From assembly GCA_019358935.1 (NCBI GenBank), contig JAHHIK010000160.1:1-13465 (forward strand): DNA of 13,465 bases, in the 5' to 3' direction. The position numbers and the translations under genes were made by a program. Shown one piece after another: positions 1 through 7,122 of the stretch (the first letter of the stretch is position 1; the number at the start of each line of letters is the position of its first letter). The stretch is from Tolypothrix carrinoi HA7290-LM1. GTDB lineage: Bacteria; Cyanobacteriota; Cyanobacteriia; Cyanobacteriales; Nostocaceae. The notes under the pieces are model-generated. The model ran no database searches. It had not been told where the DNA came from and saw only the letters and a program-made list of their open reading frames with translations.

Positions 1-22
1 CTCATCGACGAGTATTAATTTA

Positions 23-499
23 TCAAGAACCTGATGCAGCTTTAGCAGTTCTACCTCTGATAGCTTTAAACCGTTCACCTAACTGTTCGGCAATAGTTTT
101 TAAGCCTGGAGTCTTCTTTGCAGCAGTCTTTACATAGTCATAAACAGTCAAACTGCTGGTCATGGCATCACTACCGACTGCTAATAGGGTATCATCTACT
201 TGTTCGGTGAGTTGCCGCATTGAGGTTAAAAGTTCGGTGAGTGTGCTGGTTAATTGATAATCTCGCACCAATTCCTCAACGTCAAAACTTGCGGGGAGAA
301 TGTCGCGGTTGGACTGAGCAGCGGCAACGCTATTATTGACAAAGGCTAGGCTTTTATCACCCATTTTTACCAACTTGCGTCGTTCTTCGGTAGTTAGGGT
401 AATCAAAAAGGGCAGCTTTTTCTGGACTGTCTGTAGTGCTGCTTTAATTTCTTGGATATCTTGTGGGGAAATGCTGGCGTTGACATTTTGATAAGCCAT
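23..499 (-). CDS. Conserved hypothetical protein, about 158 aa, predicted alpha-helical
   Basis: ORF 23..538; the likelier start is the ATG at 499 (MAYQNVNASISPQDIQEIK...). It has amphipathic helical patterning and resembles a hypothetical family I recognise from cyanobacteria and Bacteroidetes. No catalytic motif seen. Confidence 0.7.
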   Translation of the reverse strand: MAYQNVNASISPQDIQEIKAALQTVQKKLPFLITLTTEERRKLVKMGDKSLAFVNNSVAAAQSNRDILPASFDVEELVRDYQLTSTLTELLTSMRQLTEQVDDTLLAVGSDAMTSSLTVYDYVKTAAKKTPGLKTIAEQLGERFKAIRGRTAKAASGS

Positions 500-641
500 C
501 GTATAATTACCTTGGTGAGAGTATTGCTGTAGTAGCAATGTTTACTACGTTTATGATTCCCACAAAGTCATGCGATCGCACATTTTATTTAAATTTTTAC
601 ACCCAGGTCTGATTATCACTATTGAATCACGGTTGTCTATT

Positions 642-1094
642 TCATTCTTTGGTCTGCTTAATCATCCGTCGCAGCGCTGATTCTGATGGATATATACAAA
701 CTGACATCAATGCTTGCCGTTCGAGAATGCGATCGCCATTGTTAAAATCAAAGATACGTACAGTTACTTCGCCAATATCTGTTAAAGGCTCAATTACAGC
801 TTCATTTAAGCGGAAATGTTCTCCCCAAAAGTCTCGACGGGGGTTGAAAAAGCGCACGAGTTCACCAGTCTGCCAATTAATAGAGCCTAAATCGCTGCCT
901 TTTTGTAGATTACAATAAATACAGGCATAGCTCAAATTATCTGCCGTAGTGGAACCACTGTGTTTTACACTGATGATGTGGTCAACTTGAAAGCTTACGC
1001 CGTTTGTATGTGGAATTAGGCAGTATTCGCACAAGCAATCAGCGCGATCGCTAACTAAACGGCGAAGTTCTAAACTAACGTAAGGTCGAGACAC
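642..1094 (-). CDS. HNH endonuclease family protein
   Basis: GTG start; CEYC...VDHIISVKHSG.T...NL...CIYCN..KG is a classic HNH/zinc-binding motif, followed by FFNPRRDFWGEHF. Confidence 0.9.
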   Translation of the reverse strand: MSRPYVSLELRRLVSDRADCLCEYCLIPHTNGVSFQVDHIISVKHSGSTTADNLSYACIYCNLQKGSDLGSINWQTGELVRFFNPRRDFWGEHFRLNEAVIEPLTDIGEVTVRIFDFNNGDRILERQALMSVCIYPSESALRRMIKQTKE

Positions 1095-1103
1095 TTCTTA
1101 TAT

Positions 1104-1358
1104 TTACTCGGCTGTAATGTACTTATAAGCGCGTGCTTTTGCCAACCTCATTATATGCTCTAAGGTGAGGAACCGATCTAACTCTTTTTTTTCTTCTGGT
1201 GTCAGTTCTCCGGTTTGGTGCGCGTAAACCAAATCTTCTAAACGCTCCTGCGCTGCATGTGATAGTTTAAAATCTATAACACTTTGGGGTGTAGTTCCCG
1301 CAGCAATAAAGTCAATAATTTCGTCGTAGACTTTGGTTGTATTTATAGATGTGGTCAT
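1104..1358 (-). CDS. Small helical protein, putative antitoxin or partner of the HNH nuclease
   Basis: 84 aa (RLEDLV..HQTGELTPEEKKELDRF), ending 9 bp before the HNH start. The antitoxin role is inferred from this gene arrangement. Confidence 0.65.
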   Translation of the reverse strand: MTTSINTTKVYDEIIDFIAAGTTPQSVIDFKLSHAAQERLEDLVYAHQTGELTPEEKKELDRFLTLEHIMRLAKARAYKYITAE

Positions 1359-1383
1359 AATCCCTCTTTCATCGAATCAATAT

Positions 1384-1609
1384 TTATGCTACTTTAAATG
1401 TCTTTGCTAACGTTTGCGGTTCTGGTAGAGATGTACCGTCTTCTAACGATGACGAAATCAGCATTTCTAAAACTTCTTGAGCATTTTTAACTGCCTCCTC
1501 GTAAGTGTCTCCGTGGGTATGACAAAATTCTCCCCATTCAGGAAGGCTAACAACATAACAGTTATCTTCGCAACTACCATTGAATAATAATAGTGTAGTG
1601 AGAATTCAT
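1384..1609 (-). pseudogene. hicB: HicB-family antitoxin pseudogene (+1 frameshift)
   Basis: Reads MNSHYTIIIQW then TAG. Seven nt (TAGTTGC) separate TGG from the resumed frame EDNCYVVSLPEWGEFCHTHGDTYEEAVKNAQEVLEMLISSSLEDGTSLPEPQTLAKTFKVA*. Length is 226 nt (3n+1). The 3' half is close to hicB at 2482..2706. Not in the ORF track. Confidence 0.85.
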
Positions 1610-1723
1610 TCTTGTTCTTCCTCTTGAGCCTTTTTAATTTCCTCTAGCTTTTGAAGTGCATTATTAACGTCTTTTTCCTGGTAAGCTTTCGCATCATTCC
1701 CATCCTTACCAGATAAAGTTAAT
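1606..1723 (-). pseudogene. hicA: HicA-family toxin, 3' fragment
   Basis: LTLSGKDGNDAKAYQEKDVNNALQKLEE aligns with IIIAGKDGSDAKLYLEKQVNEALEELKK of the intact HicA, and has the same ATGA overlap with hicB. The N-terminus of ORF 1606..1833 is repeat-derived. Confidence 0.85.
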
Positions 1724-1724
1724 A

Positions 1725-1900
1725 AATTCAAATGTAGGGGAGCCAGTGCGTTGCGCGGGTTACCCGCGTTGAAGCACCTGGCGTGAGGTTCCCTCCGTTG
1801 TAGCAACTGGCGTTGTGTTGTCGCGCAGCGCAACGCACCATCAAGAATTCAAGGTGGGTGCGATCTTCCTACGGCATAACACACCCTACCGACTTGAATT
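1725..1900. repeat. Inverted pair of GTAGGG-type REP-like palindromes with a nested short dispersed repeat
   Basis: Outer inverted repeat AATTCAA(1725)/TTGAATT(1900). Left unit GTAGGG(1734-1739)...TGTGTTGTCGCGCAGCGCAACGCACC(1814-1839) is interrupted by GAGCCAGTGCG...ACTGGCGT (1740-1813). Right unit is GGTGCG...ACACCCTAC (1857-1889). Confidence 0.75.
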
Positions 1901-1915
1901 GTCTGCACTTGAGCC

Positions 1916-2158
1916 TTAAGAATCTTGCTTTCTTTTGTTTGCTTGCTCGATACGCTGCTTAATTGCTTGTTCTGCTATACGAATATTTTCTTCTATTGGT
2001 GTACCGTCTTCAGTCGCCATTGGTCCATACCATGTTGCTTCAGAGTCGGGAGGATTGCGACGACTAAACAACACACGAATAGCCTCATCATCATCTCGAT
2101 GTGCCAGTATATAAGCGGTTAATTCTTTACTAGTCATCGCTTCAAAGTCCGGTTTCAT
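1916..2158 (-). CDS. DUF6887-like small protein (putative antitoxin-like)
   Basis: MKPDFEAMTSKELTAYILAHRDDDEA matches a common cyanobacterial family from memory. It overlaps the upstream gene by 17 nt and has a paralog at 6448..6732. Confidence 0.7.
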   Translation of the reverse strand: MKPDFEAMTSKELTAYILAHRDDDEAIRVLFSRRNPPDSEATWYGPMATEDGTPIEENIRIAEQAIKQRIEQANKRKQDS

Positions 2159-2381
2159 TTAAAAACCTCCAGAGTCCACTAGGGGGTACGATAATTTGAA
2201 TATTCTCGCCTGCCAAAATATACACATCTCTAGTTTGAATTTCAAAACGAAACAGGTGGATATCTTTGTAAGTGTTTGATAACATTTGGCAGACTCGCAC
2301 ACAGGCTTGTGCTTGTTCGTTGGTTGGGTAAATAGCCTTTTCCTCAATTGTGACATAGATAATATAAGCCCCAAATGGCAA
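2142..2381 (-). CDS. DUF6888-like small protein; true start uncertain, possibly near 2330
   Basis: PTNEQAQACVRVCQMLSNTYKDIHLFRFEIQTRDVYILAGENIQIIVPPSGLWRFL resembles the usual upstream partner of DUF6887. A purine-rich GAGGAAAAGG lies just before the PTNEQ codons, but no ATG follows it. Confidence 0.6.
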   Translation of the reverse strand: MPFGAYIIYVTIEEKAIYPTNEQAQACVRVCQMLSNTYKDIHLFRFEIQTRDVYILAGENIQIIVPPSGLWRFLNETGL

Positions 2382-2397
2382 CGTGTCAGAAACCTAA

Positions 2398-2441
2398 TGC
2401 TTGAGAACAAGCTTTTGAATTCTCTAATTTTCAAAGGGCAT
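2398..2441 (-). pseudogene. hicA: HicA-family toxin, degenerate 5' fragment
   Basis: ATGCCCTTTGAAAATTAGAGAATTCAAAAGCTTGTTCTCAAGCA versus intact hicA ATGCCCAAGAAAATTAGAGAACTCAAAAGCTTGTTGCTGCAAGCA. Confidence 0.8.
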
Positions 2442-2481
2442 ATCCCCGTATTCTTCAACTTTCTCGGCTCTCCTGGCTTAT

Positions 2482-2706
2482 TTATGCTACTTTAAATGTC
2501 TTTCCTAGCGTTTCCGGTTCTGGTAGCGGTTCGCTGTCTGACAAAGATGACGAAATCAACATTTCTAAAACTTCTTGAGCATTCTTAACAGCTTCTTCGT
2601 AAGTATCTCCGTGGGTGCAAGGCTGCATTATATTAGTAAACTCAGGAAGCAAAACTACATAACATTCGTCTGATTCTGACCATTTAATCACAATTGTATA
2701 TTTCAT
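2482..2706 (-). CDS. hicB: Type II TA antitoxin, HicB family (short form, no DNA-binding domain)
   Basis: Y.IVIKWS..DECYVV.LPEF....CTHGDTYEEAVKNAQEVLE motif; ATGA overlap with hicA. Confidence 0.9.
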   Translation of the reverse strand: MKYTIVIKWSESDECYVVLLPEFTNIMQPCTHGDTYEEAVKNAQEVLEMLISSSLSDSEPLPEPETLGKTFKVA

Positions 2707-2924
2707 TCTTCTGTTTCCTCTTCTTCCATTTTCTTTAGTTCTTCAAGTGCTTCGTTGACTTGTTTTTCTAAATACAGTTTGGCATCACTACCATCTTTGC
2801 CAGCGATGATGATAGCTTTAGGCAATTGTGGATGTATCCATTTACTATGGCTTCCTTTTGCAGGTTTACAAATAAACCCTGCTTGCAGCAACAAGCTTTT
2901 GAGTTCTCTAATTTTCTTGGGCAT
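2703..2924 (-). CDS. hicA: Type II TA toxin, HicA family mRNA interferase
   Basis: KIRELKSLLLQAGF....AKGSHSKWIHP includes the catalytic GSH motif. Confidence 0.9.
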   Translation of the reverse strand: MPKKIRELKSLLLQAGFICKPAKGSHSKWIHPQLPKAIIIAGKDGSDAKLYLEKQVNEALEELKKMEEEETEE

Positions 2925-2951
2925 ATAATCAGCTTACATTCTCACATCCGA

Positions 2952-5900
2952 TTATTTTGCCCCTTCTAACTCCTTCAACTTTTTCTGTGCAAACTCCCGC
3001 ACTTCCTCATCTGCGTCATTTGCTGCTTTGTCGCGCAATAGTGGTAAAGTCTGGGGATGTTGAGGATATTGCTCGATAATTGCCTTAAGTGCTGTTTTTC
3101 GAGGGTTATTTTCCAAGTTGTACTTGCGTTTAAACGGGTCATTAACAGCGCAATTGTAGAATACTTCAAACATCCCAGGGTCATCTTTAAAGTTGCTGGC
3201 TAAAGCTTCGACTGCTACACGTCGCACATCCGAATCATTATTAGCGATCGCCCGTTCTTTTAACCATCGCAGAGTGTCCGGGTCATCTTTAAAGTTGCTG
3301 GCTAAAGCTTCGACTGCTGCACGTCGCACATACCATTCATTATCAGCGATCGCCTGCTCTTTTAACCATCGTAGAGTGTCCGGGTCATCTTTAAAGTTGC
3401 TGGCTAAAGCTTCGACTGCTGCATATCGCACATCCGAATCATTATTAGCGATCGCCCGTTCTTTTAACCATCGCAGAGTGTCCGGGTCATCTTTAAAGTT
3501 GCTGACTAAAGCTTCAACTGCTACACGTCGCACATTCGTATTATTATCAGCGATCGCCCGTTTTAACAATCCCAGAATGTCCGGGTCATCTTTAAAGTTG
3601 CTGACTAAAGCTTTAACTGCTGCACGTCGCACATCCCAATCATTATCAGCGATCGCCCGTTCTTTTAACAATGGCAGAGTGTCCGGGTCATCTTTAAAGT
3701 TGCTGACTAAAGCTTCAACTGCTGCACGTCGCACAAAATAATCATTATCAGCGATCGCCCGCTCTTCTAACCAGGGGAGAGTGTCCGGGTCATCTTTAAA
3801 GTTGCTGGCTAAAGCTTTAACTGCTGCATATTGCACATCCCCATCATTATCAGCGATCGCCCGCTCTTTTAACAATGGCAGAGTGTCCGGGTCATCTTTG
3901 AAATTGCTGGCTAAAGCTTGGACTGCTGCACGTCGCACATCCCCATGATTATCAGCGATCGCCCGCTCTTTGAGCCAGGGGAGGGTGTCGGGGTCATCTT
4001 TAAAGTTGCTGGCTAAAGCTTGGACTGCTGCACGTTGCACATCCCCATCATAATCAGCGATCGCCCGCTCTTTTAACAATGGTAGAGTGTCCGGGTCATC
4101 TTTAAAGTTGCTGACTAATGCTTCGACTGCTGCACGTCGTACATACCATTCATAATCAGCGATCGCCCGCTCTTTTAACAATGGTAGAGTGTCCGGGTCA
4201 TCTTTAAAGTTGCTGACTAAAGCTTCAACTGCTGCACGTCGCACATCCGAATCATTATCAGCGATCGCCCGGTCTTTGATCTGCTTAACTAATTCATTAG
4301 CCGTTGAAACAATTACCGAGCGATTCCTCACTTCTACAAGACATTTAGCAGCTAAAGACAAAATGCTAAACTTTTTCTTTTCACCATCTAACTTTATTAA
4401 ATACTGAATAATCTCACCCGCAAATTTAGGCTCAATCATTCCTACAATTAGCTGCAACACCTCATGCCAAGTTTCATCTTGCCAGTGTTTACCAAAAACT
4501 TCTGTCTTCAATTCCTCAATAGTCAGCGATCGCGTCTTCTCAAACTGCCAAACAAACTCCCAAGCACAGAAATATTCTAAAAATGTCCGATGCACAAAGG
4601 CATAATAATCTGCACCGAGGAAACACAACATAAAATTGCGAGTCCGCAGTTGATTAATCATCACCCTCGCAACTTCTCTCGGTTGACTAACTATATCTTT
4701 CAGAGAATCCGTTAAAATATTCTCTAAATCACCCGCACTAATCAAATTGCCTGCTAAACCTTTCTCACTGGTTTGCATATAACAAGCAACCTGACGCAGC
4801 ATCGCTTGCTTATCTTTATAATCAATCGTTTTTGGATCTAATCTTTTATCTTCTATTAAAGCGCGTTCCACATCCCATTGATGCAATAACACCCGCGATG
4901 CTTGATTATAAAGTTCCGCTCTATCTCGCGGCAATTCTTGATTTCTATTAAGTATTGCCATCATCGTCAGCAGCAGAGGATTACCCGCTAATTCGGCAAT
5001 AGATTTTGAAGCTTCTATTCCTCTTTGCAATCGCTCACGTTTTCTAAGTTTATCCGCTTCATCGTTAAATGTTAACTCATGCCAGCGGTAAATAAAATCC
5101 TGAATTTGTTCAGCTTCTAAATCTTGCAATATGAAATGCCGAAACTCAGCATCTCGCAATCGTTGCGCTTTGTAGCCAATGACGCGAGATGTTACAATCA
5201 CCTGCACATTCGGATACTCGTTAGTGAAGCGATGAATATCGTTAATCACATCTTCTCGCTTACCCGGATAGAAGACTTCATCTAAACCATCAAACATCAC
5301 TAAGGCTCTACCAGCTTTTAGCTGTTCGTGTAGTTCATGTTGATTCAAATGATAAATTGCACCGCTACATTTATGGAAAAATTCCAGAAAATTATGACAC
5401 TCCTTATCCTCTCGTCGTCGCATATAAGTGCGTAACTCAATTAGCAAAGGTATCGGCAGTGAGATAACATTATCTAGGGGTGTTTGTGCCCAATTCAAAG
5501 CGAGAAATTGCAACAATGTAGACTTACCCGAACCCGGATCGCCCAAAATGACGATATATTTATAAGTCCGTTTTTCATTTACAATATCTAATACTGAACG
5601 TATGGCTTGTTCTAAATAAAGTTGTTTGTAACGTTTTAATTCTTCCTCTTGAACTTCTGCCTCTAATTGGTTGCTTTCTCGCAGTCGTCGCAGATGTTCT
5701 TTAGGCAGTTCGTGTTGTGGTAATATTTGATTAGCTTCCCGGACATTTTGGGCGATAAAGATGCGCCATAACTTTAGTTCGTTATATGCGTAACCTGTAG
5801 TATCCAAATTATCTAACTTCAGATTACCATATAGCTCGCCAATTGCTTCTTGATAGCGTTCTAAATCAAATTGAGGAATAATCCCGGCTATCTCGGTTGT

Positions 5901-6416
5901 GTTTTGTGCGGTTTTTTCTAGATTCTGGGAATTAAGAATCTCTCGCAGTTGATCAACTTCGAGAATTATCTCTTTAACCTTTTGCAGATACTTTTTGCCT
6001 ATTGGTTTCCAGTTAAAATCATCTGATGAATTAAGTTGATACCAAATTTGTTGTAATTTACTTGTGTCTATTGCTTGACAGTTATGCTTAAAGGCACTTC
6101 CTAAAATTTGTTTGACTTCTTGATTCTTGAGAAAGTGCTTTATCGGTTGCGTATACTTTTTGATGTCATCTTGCGATCCATTATATTCTAAATCCTGCTG
6201 CATCAGTTGCACAAATTCTGTCAGTGCCATAACTTCAGCTTTCTGAAGCGGTTCTTGCTTAAAGGGTGCGGTTATGGCATTATTTAAGATATTCTTGAAA
6301 AAATCTTTAGCGTAGTCTTTGACTAAATCTTTGAGAAATTCTTCGCTGATAATGGTTTTGACGAGAAATCCAAATGTTTTTGTAGTTATCCAGGTGGTGA
6401 ACCATTCAACTATCAT
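2952..6416 (-). CDS. NACHT (STAND) NTPase with C-terminal HEAT-like (PBS lyase type) repeats; bacterial NLR-like protein
   Basis: Walker A GDPGSGKST, Walker B LVMFDGLDE, VIVTSR sensor, GNPLLL, winged-helix FVHRTFLEYF; about 185-aa helical N-terminal region; eleven 34-aa repeats DxDxxVRxAAVxALxSNFKDDPDTLxxLKERAIA. Confidence 0.92.
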   Translation of the reverse strand: MIVEWFTTWITTKTFGFLVKTIISEEFLKDLVKDYAKDFFKNILNNAITAPFKQEPLQKAEVMALTEFVQLMQQDLEYNGSQDDIKKYTQPIKHFLKNQEVKQILGSAFKHNCQAIDTSKLQQIWYQLNSSDDFNWKPIGKKYLQKVKEIILEVDQLREILNSQNLEKTAQNTTEIAGIIPQFDLERYQEAIGELYGNLKLDNLDTTGYAYNELKLWRIFIAQNVREANQILPQHELPKEHLRRLRESNQLEAEVQEEELKRYKQLYLEQAIRSVLDIVNEKRTYKYIVILGDPGSGKSTLLQFLALNWAQTPLDNVISLPIPLLIELRTYMRRREDKECHNFLEFFHKCSGAIYHLNQHELHEQLKAGRALVMFDGLDEVFYPGKREDVINDIHRFTNEYPNVQVIVTSRVIGYKAQRLRDAEFRHFILQDLEAEQIQDFIYRWHELTFNDEADKLRKRERLQRGIEASKSIAELAGNPLLLTMMAILNRNQELPRDRAELYNQASRVLLHQWDVERALIEDKRLDPKTIDYKDKQAMLRQVACYMQTSEKGLAGNLISAGDLENILTDSLKDIVSQPREVARVMINQLRTRNFMLCFLGADYYAFVHRTFLEYFCAWEFVWQFEKTRSLTIEELKTEVFGKHWQDETWHEVLQLIVGMIEPKFAGEIIQYLIKLDGEKKKFSILSLAAKCLVEVRNRSVIVSTANELVKQIKDRAIADNDSDVRRAAVEALVSNFKDDPDTLPLLKERAIADYEWYVRRAAVEALVSNFKDDPDTLPLLKERAIADYDGDVQRAAVQALASNFKDDPDTLPWLKERAIADNHGDVRRAAVQALASNFKDDPDTLPLLKERAIADNDGDVQYAAVKALASNFKDDPDTLPWLEERAIADNDYFVRRAAVEALVSNFKDDPDTLPLLKERAIADNDWDVRRAAVKALVSNFKDDPDILGLLKRAIADNNTNVRRVAVEALVSNFKDDPDTLRWLKERAIANNDSDVRYAAVEALASNFKDDPDTLRWLKEQAIADNEWYVRRAAVEALASNFKDDPDTLRWLKERAIANNDSDVRRVAVEALASNFKDDPGMFEVFYNCAVNDPFKRKYNLENNPRKTALKAIIEQYPQHPQTLPLLRDKAANDADEEVREFAQKKLKELEGAK
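3178..4271 (-). repeat. Intragenic tandem array of 11 x 102 bp (one 99-bp unit), each with one HIP1 site
   Basis: GCGATCGC begins at 3244, 3346, 3448, 3550, 3649, 3751, 3853, 3955, 4057, 4159 and 4261. Spacing is 102 bp except one 99-bp step (LLKRAIA, one codon missing). Confidence 0.97.
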
Positions 6417-6447
6417 GTTGGTGTCTGCTTAGATAATGTTTCGGAAT

Positions 6448-6732
6448 TTACGGCTGATTTAAGAAATGTCTCACGCAAAGGCGCAAAGACGCAAAGGAAG
6501 AGGGTAGAGTTATAGGTCTTGCTGGATGCGCTATCGCGATCGCTTCCTCTACTATCCGCTTATTTTCTTCTATCGGTGTACCATCTTCAGTAAACATCGA
6601 CGGATATATAATTGCTTCTGAGTCTGGAGTACGACGATTAAACAGAATTTCTAGCGCTTCTACATCATCCCGATTAGCAAGCACATACGCTCTCAATTCT
6701 TTTGTGGACATTTCTGCAAAATTAAACTTCAT
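6448..6732 (-). pseudogene. DUF6887-like paralog, 3' end replaced by unrelated and repeat sequence; partner gene absent
   Basis: Colinear with 1916..2158 up to EDGTPIEENKRIVEEAI. Similarity stops at a HIP1 site (6536-6543) and the frame runs on into the CTTTGCG repeat (SSFASLRLCVR). Confidence 0.7.
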
Positions 6733-6769
6733 CTCTCTTCCTTCGTGCTCTTCGCGTCTTTGCGGTTCG
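6470..6769. repeat. Inverted pair of CGCAAAG-type short repeats bracketing the DUF6887-like fragment
   Basis: Left 6470-6502 CTCACGCAAAGGCGCAAAGACGCAAAGGAAGAG. Right 6735-6769, reverse complement CGAACCGCAAAGACGCGAAGAGCACGAAGGAAGAG. Confidence 0.7.
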
Positions 6770-7122
6770 TAAACAAATATACCCCTTCACAACCCAGACG
6801 CGTTCCGCAAGGTTGCGGTACTCCGCATCGCCCCAATTGCATAAAACTAAGAAATGTTTATAAATATATAGATATTAGATATAGGATTTGGCACTACTGA
6901 TGGTTTATACTCACCCACAGGGTTGCAAATCGCCAATCATCAGATATATATAGGAGGCAAAACCACATCATCCTTTACCCAACGCTCTCACAACCATCAT
7001 CATGAGAGGTAACTAAAGGCAAGCTTGATGTCAAACGAATAATTTTTGCTTCAATGGCGACGCATAAATATTAAACTTAAAAGTCTTGTGCAGCGATATC
7101 TCTAGCTATAAAATCAGCAATC

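Noticed and set aside
1724..1833. N-terminal part of ORF 1606..1833 as real protein
   Set aside because: It is translated repeat DNA; only the 3' part is hicA-derived.
2159..2458. 99-aa ORF and overlapping plus-strand ORFs (1925..2122, 2286..2495)
   Set aside because: Alternative-frame or antisense overlaps; only KIREFKSL reflects the hicA remnant.
23..2924. Integron cassette array
   Set aside because: No integrase, and no regularly placed attC-like sites after each gene.
3193..3741. Plus-strand repetitive ORFs (also 4189..4407)
   Set aside because: Antisense shadows of the HEAT-repeat array.
3178..4271. CRISPR array
   Set aside because: The units are 102-bp in-frame coding repeats without unique spacers, and no cas genes are present.
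3178..4271. HEAT-repeat variation caused by DGR mutagenesis
   Set aside because: No template repeat is visible, and the recurring mosaic motifs fit inter-repeat recombination better.
6880..7122. Glycine or other known riboswitch upstream of serA
   Set aside because: I could not find the conserved aptamer motifs.
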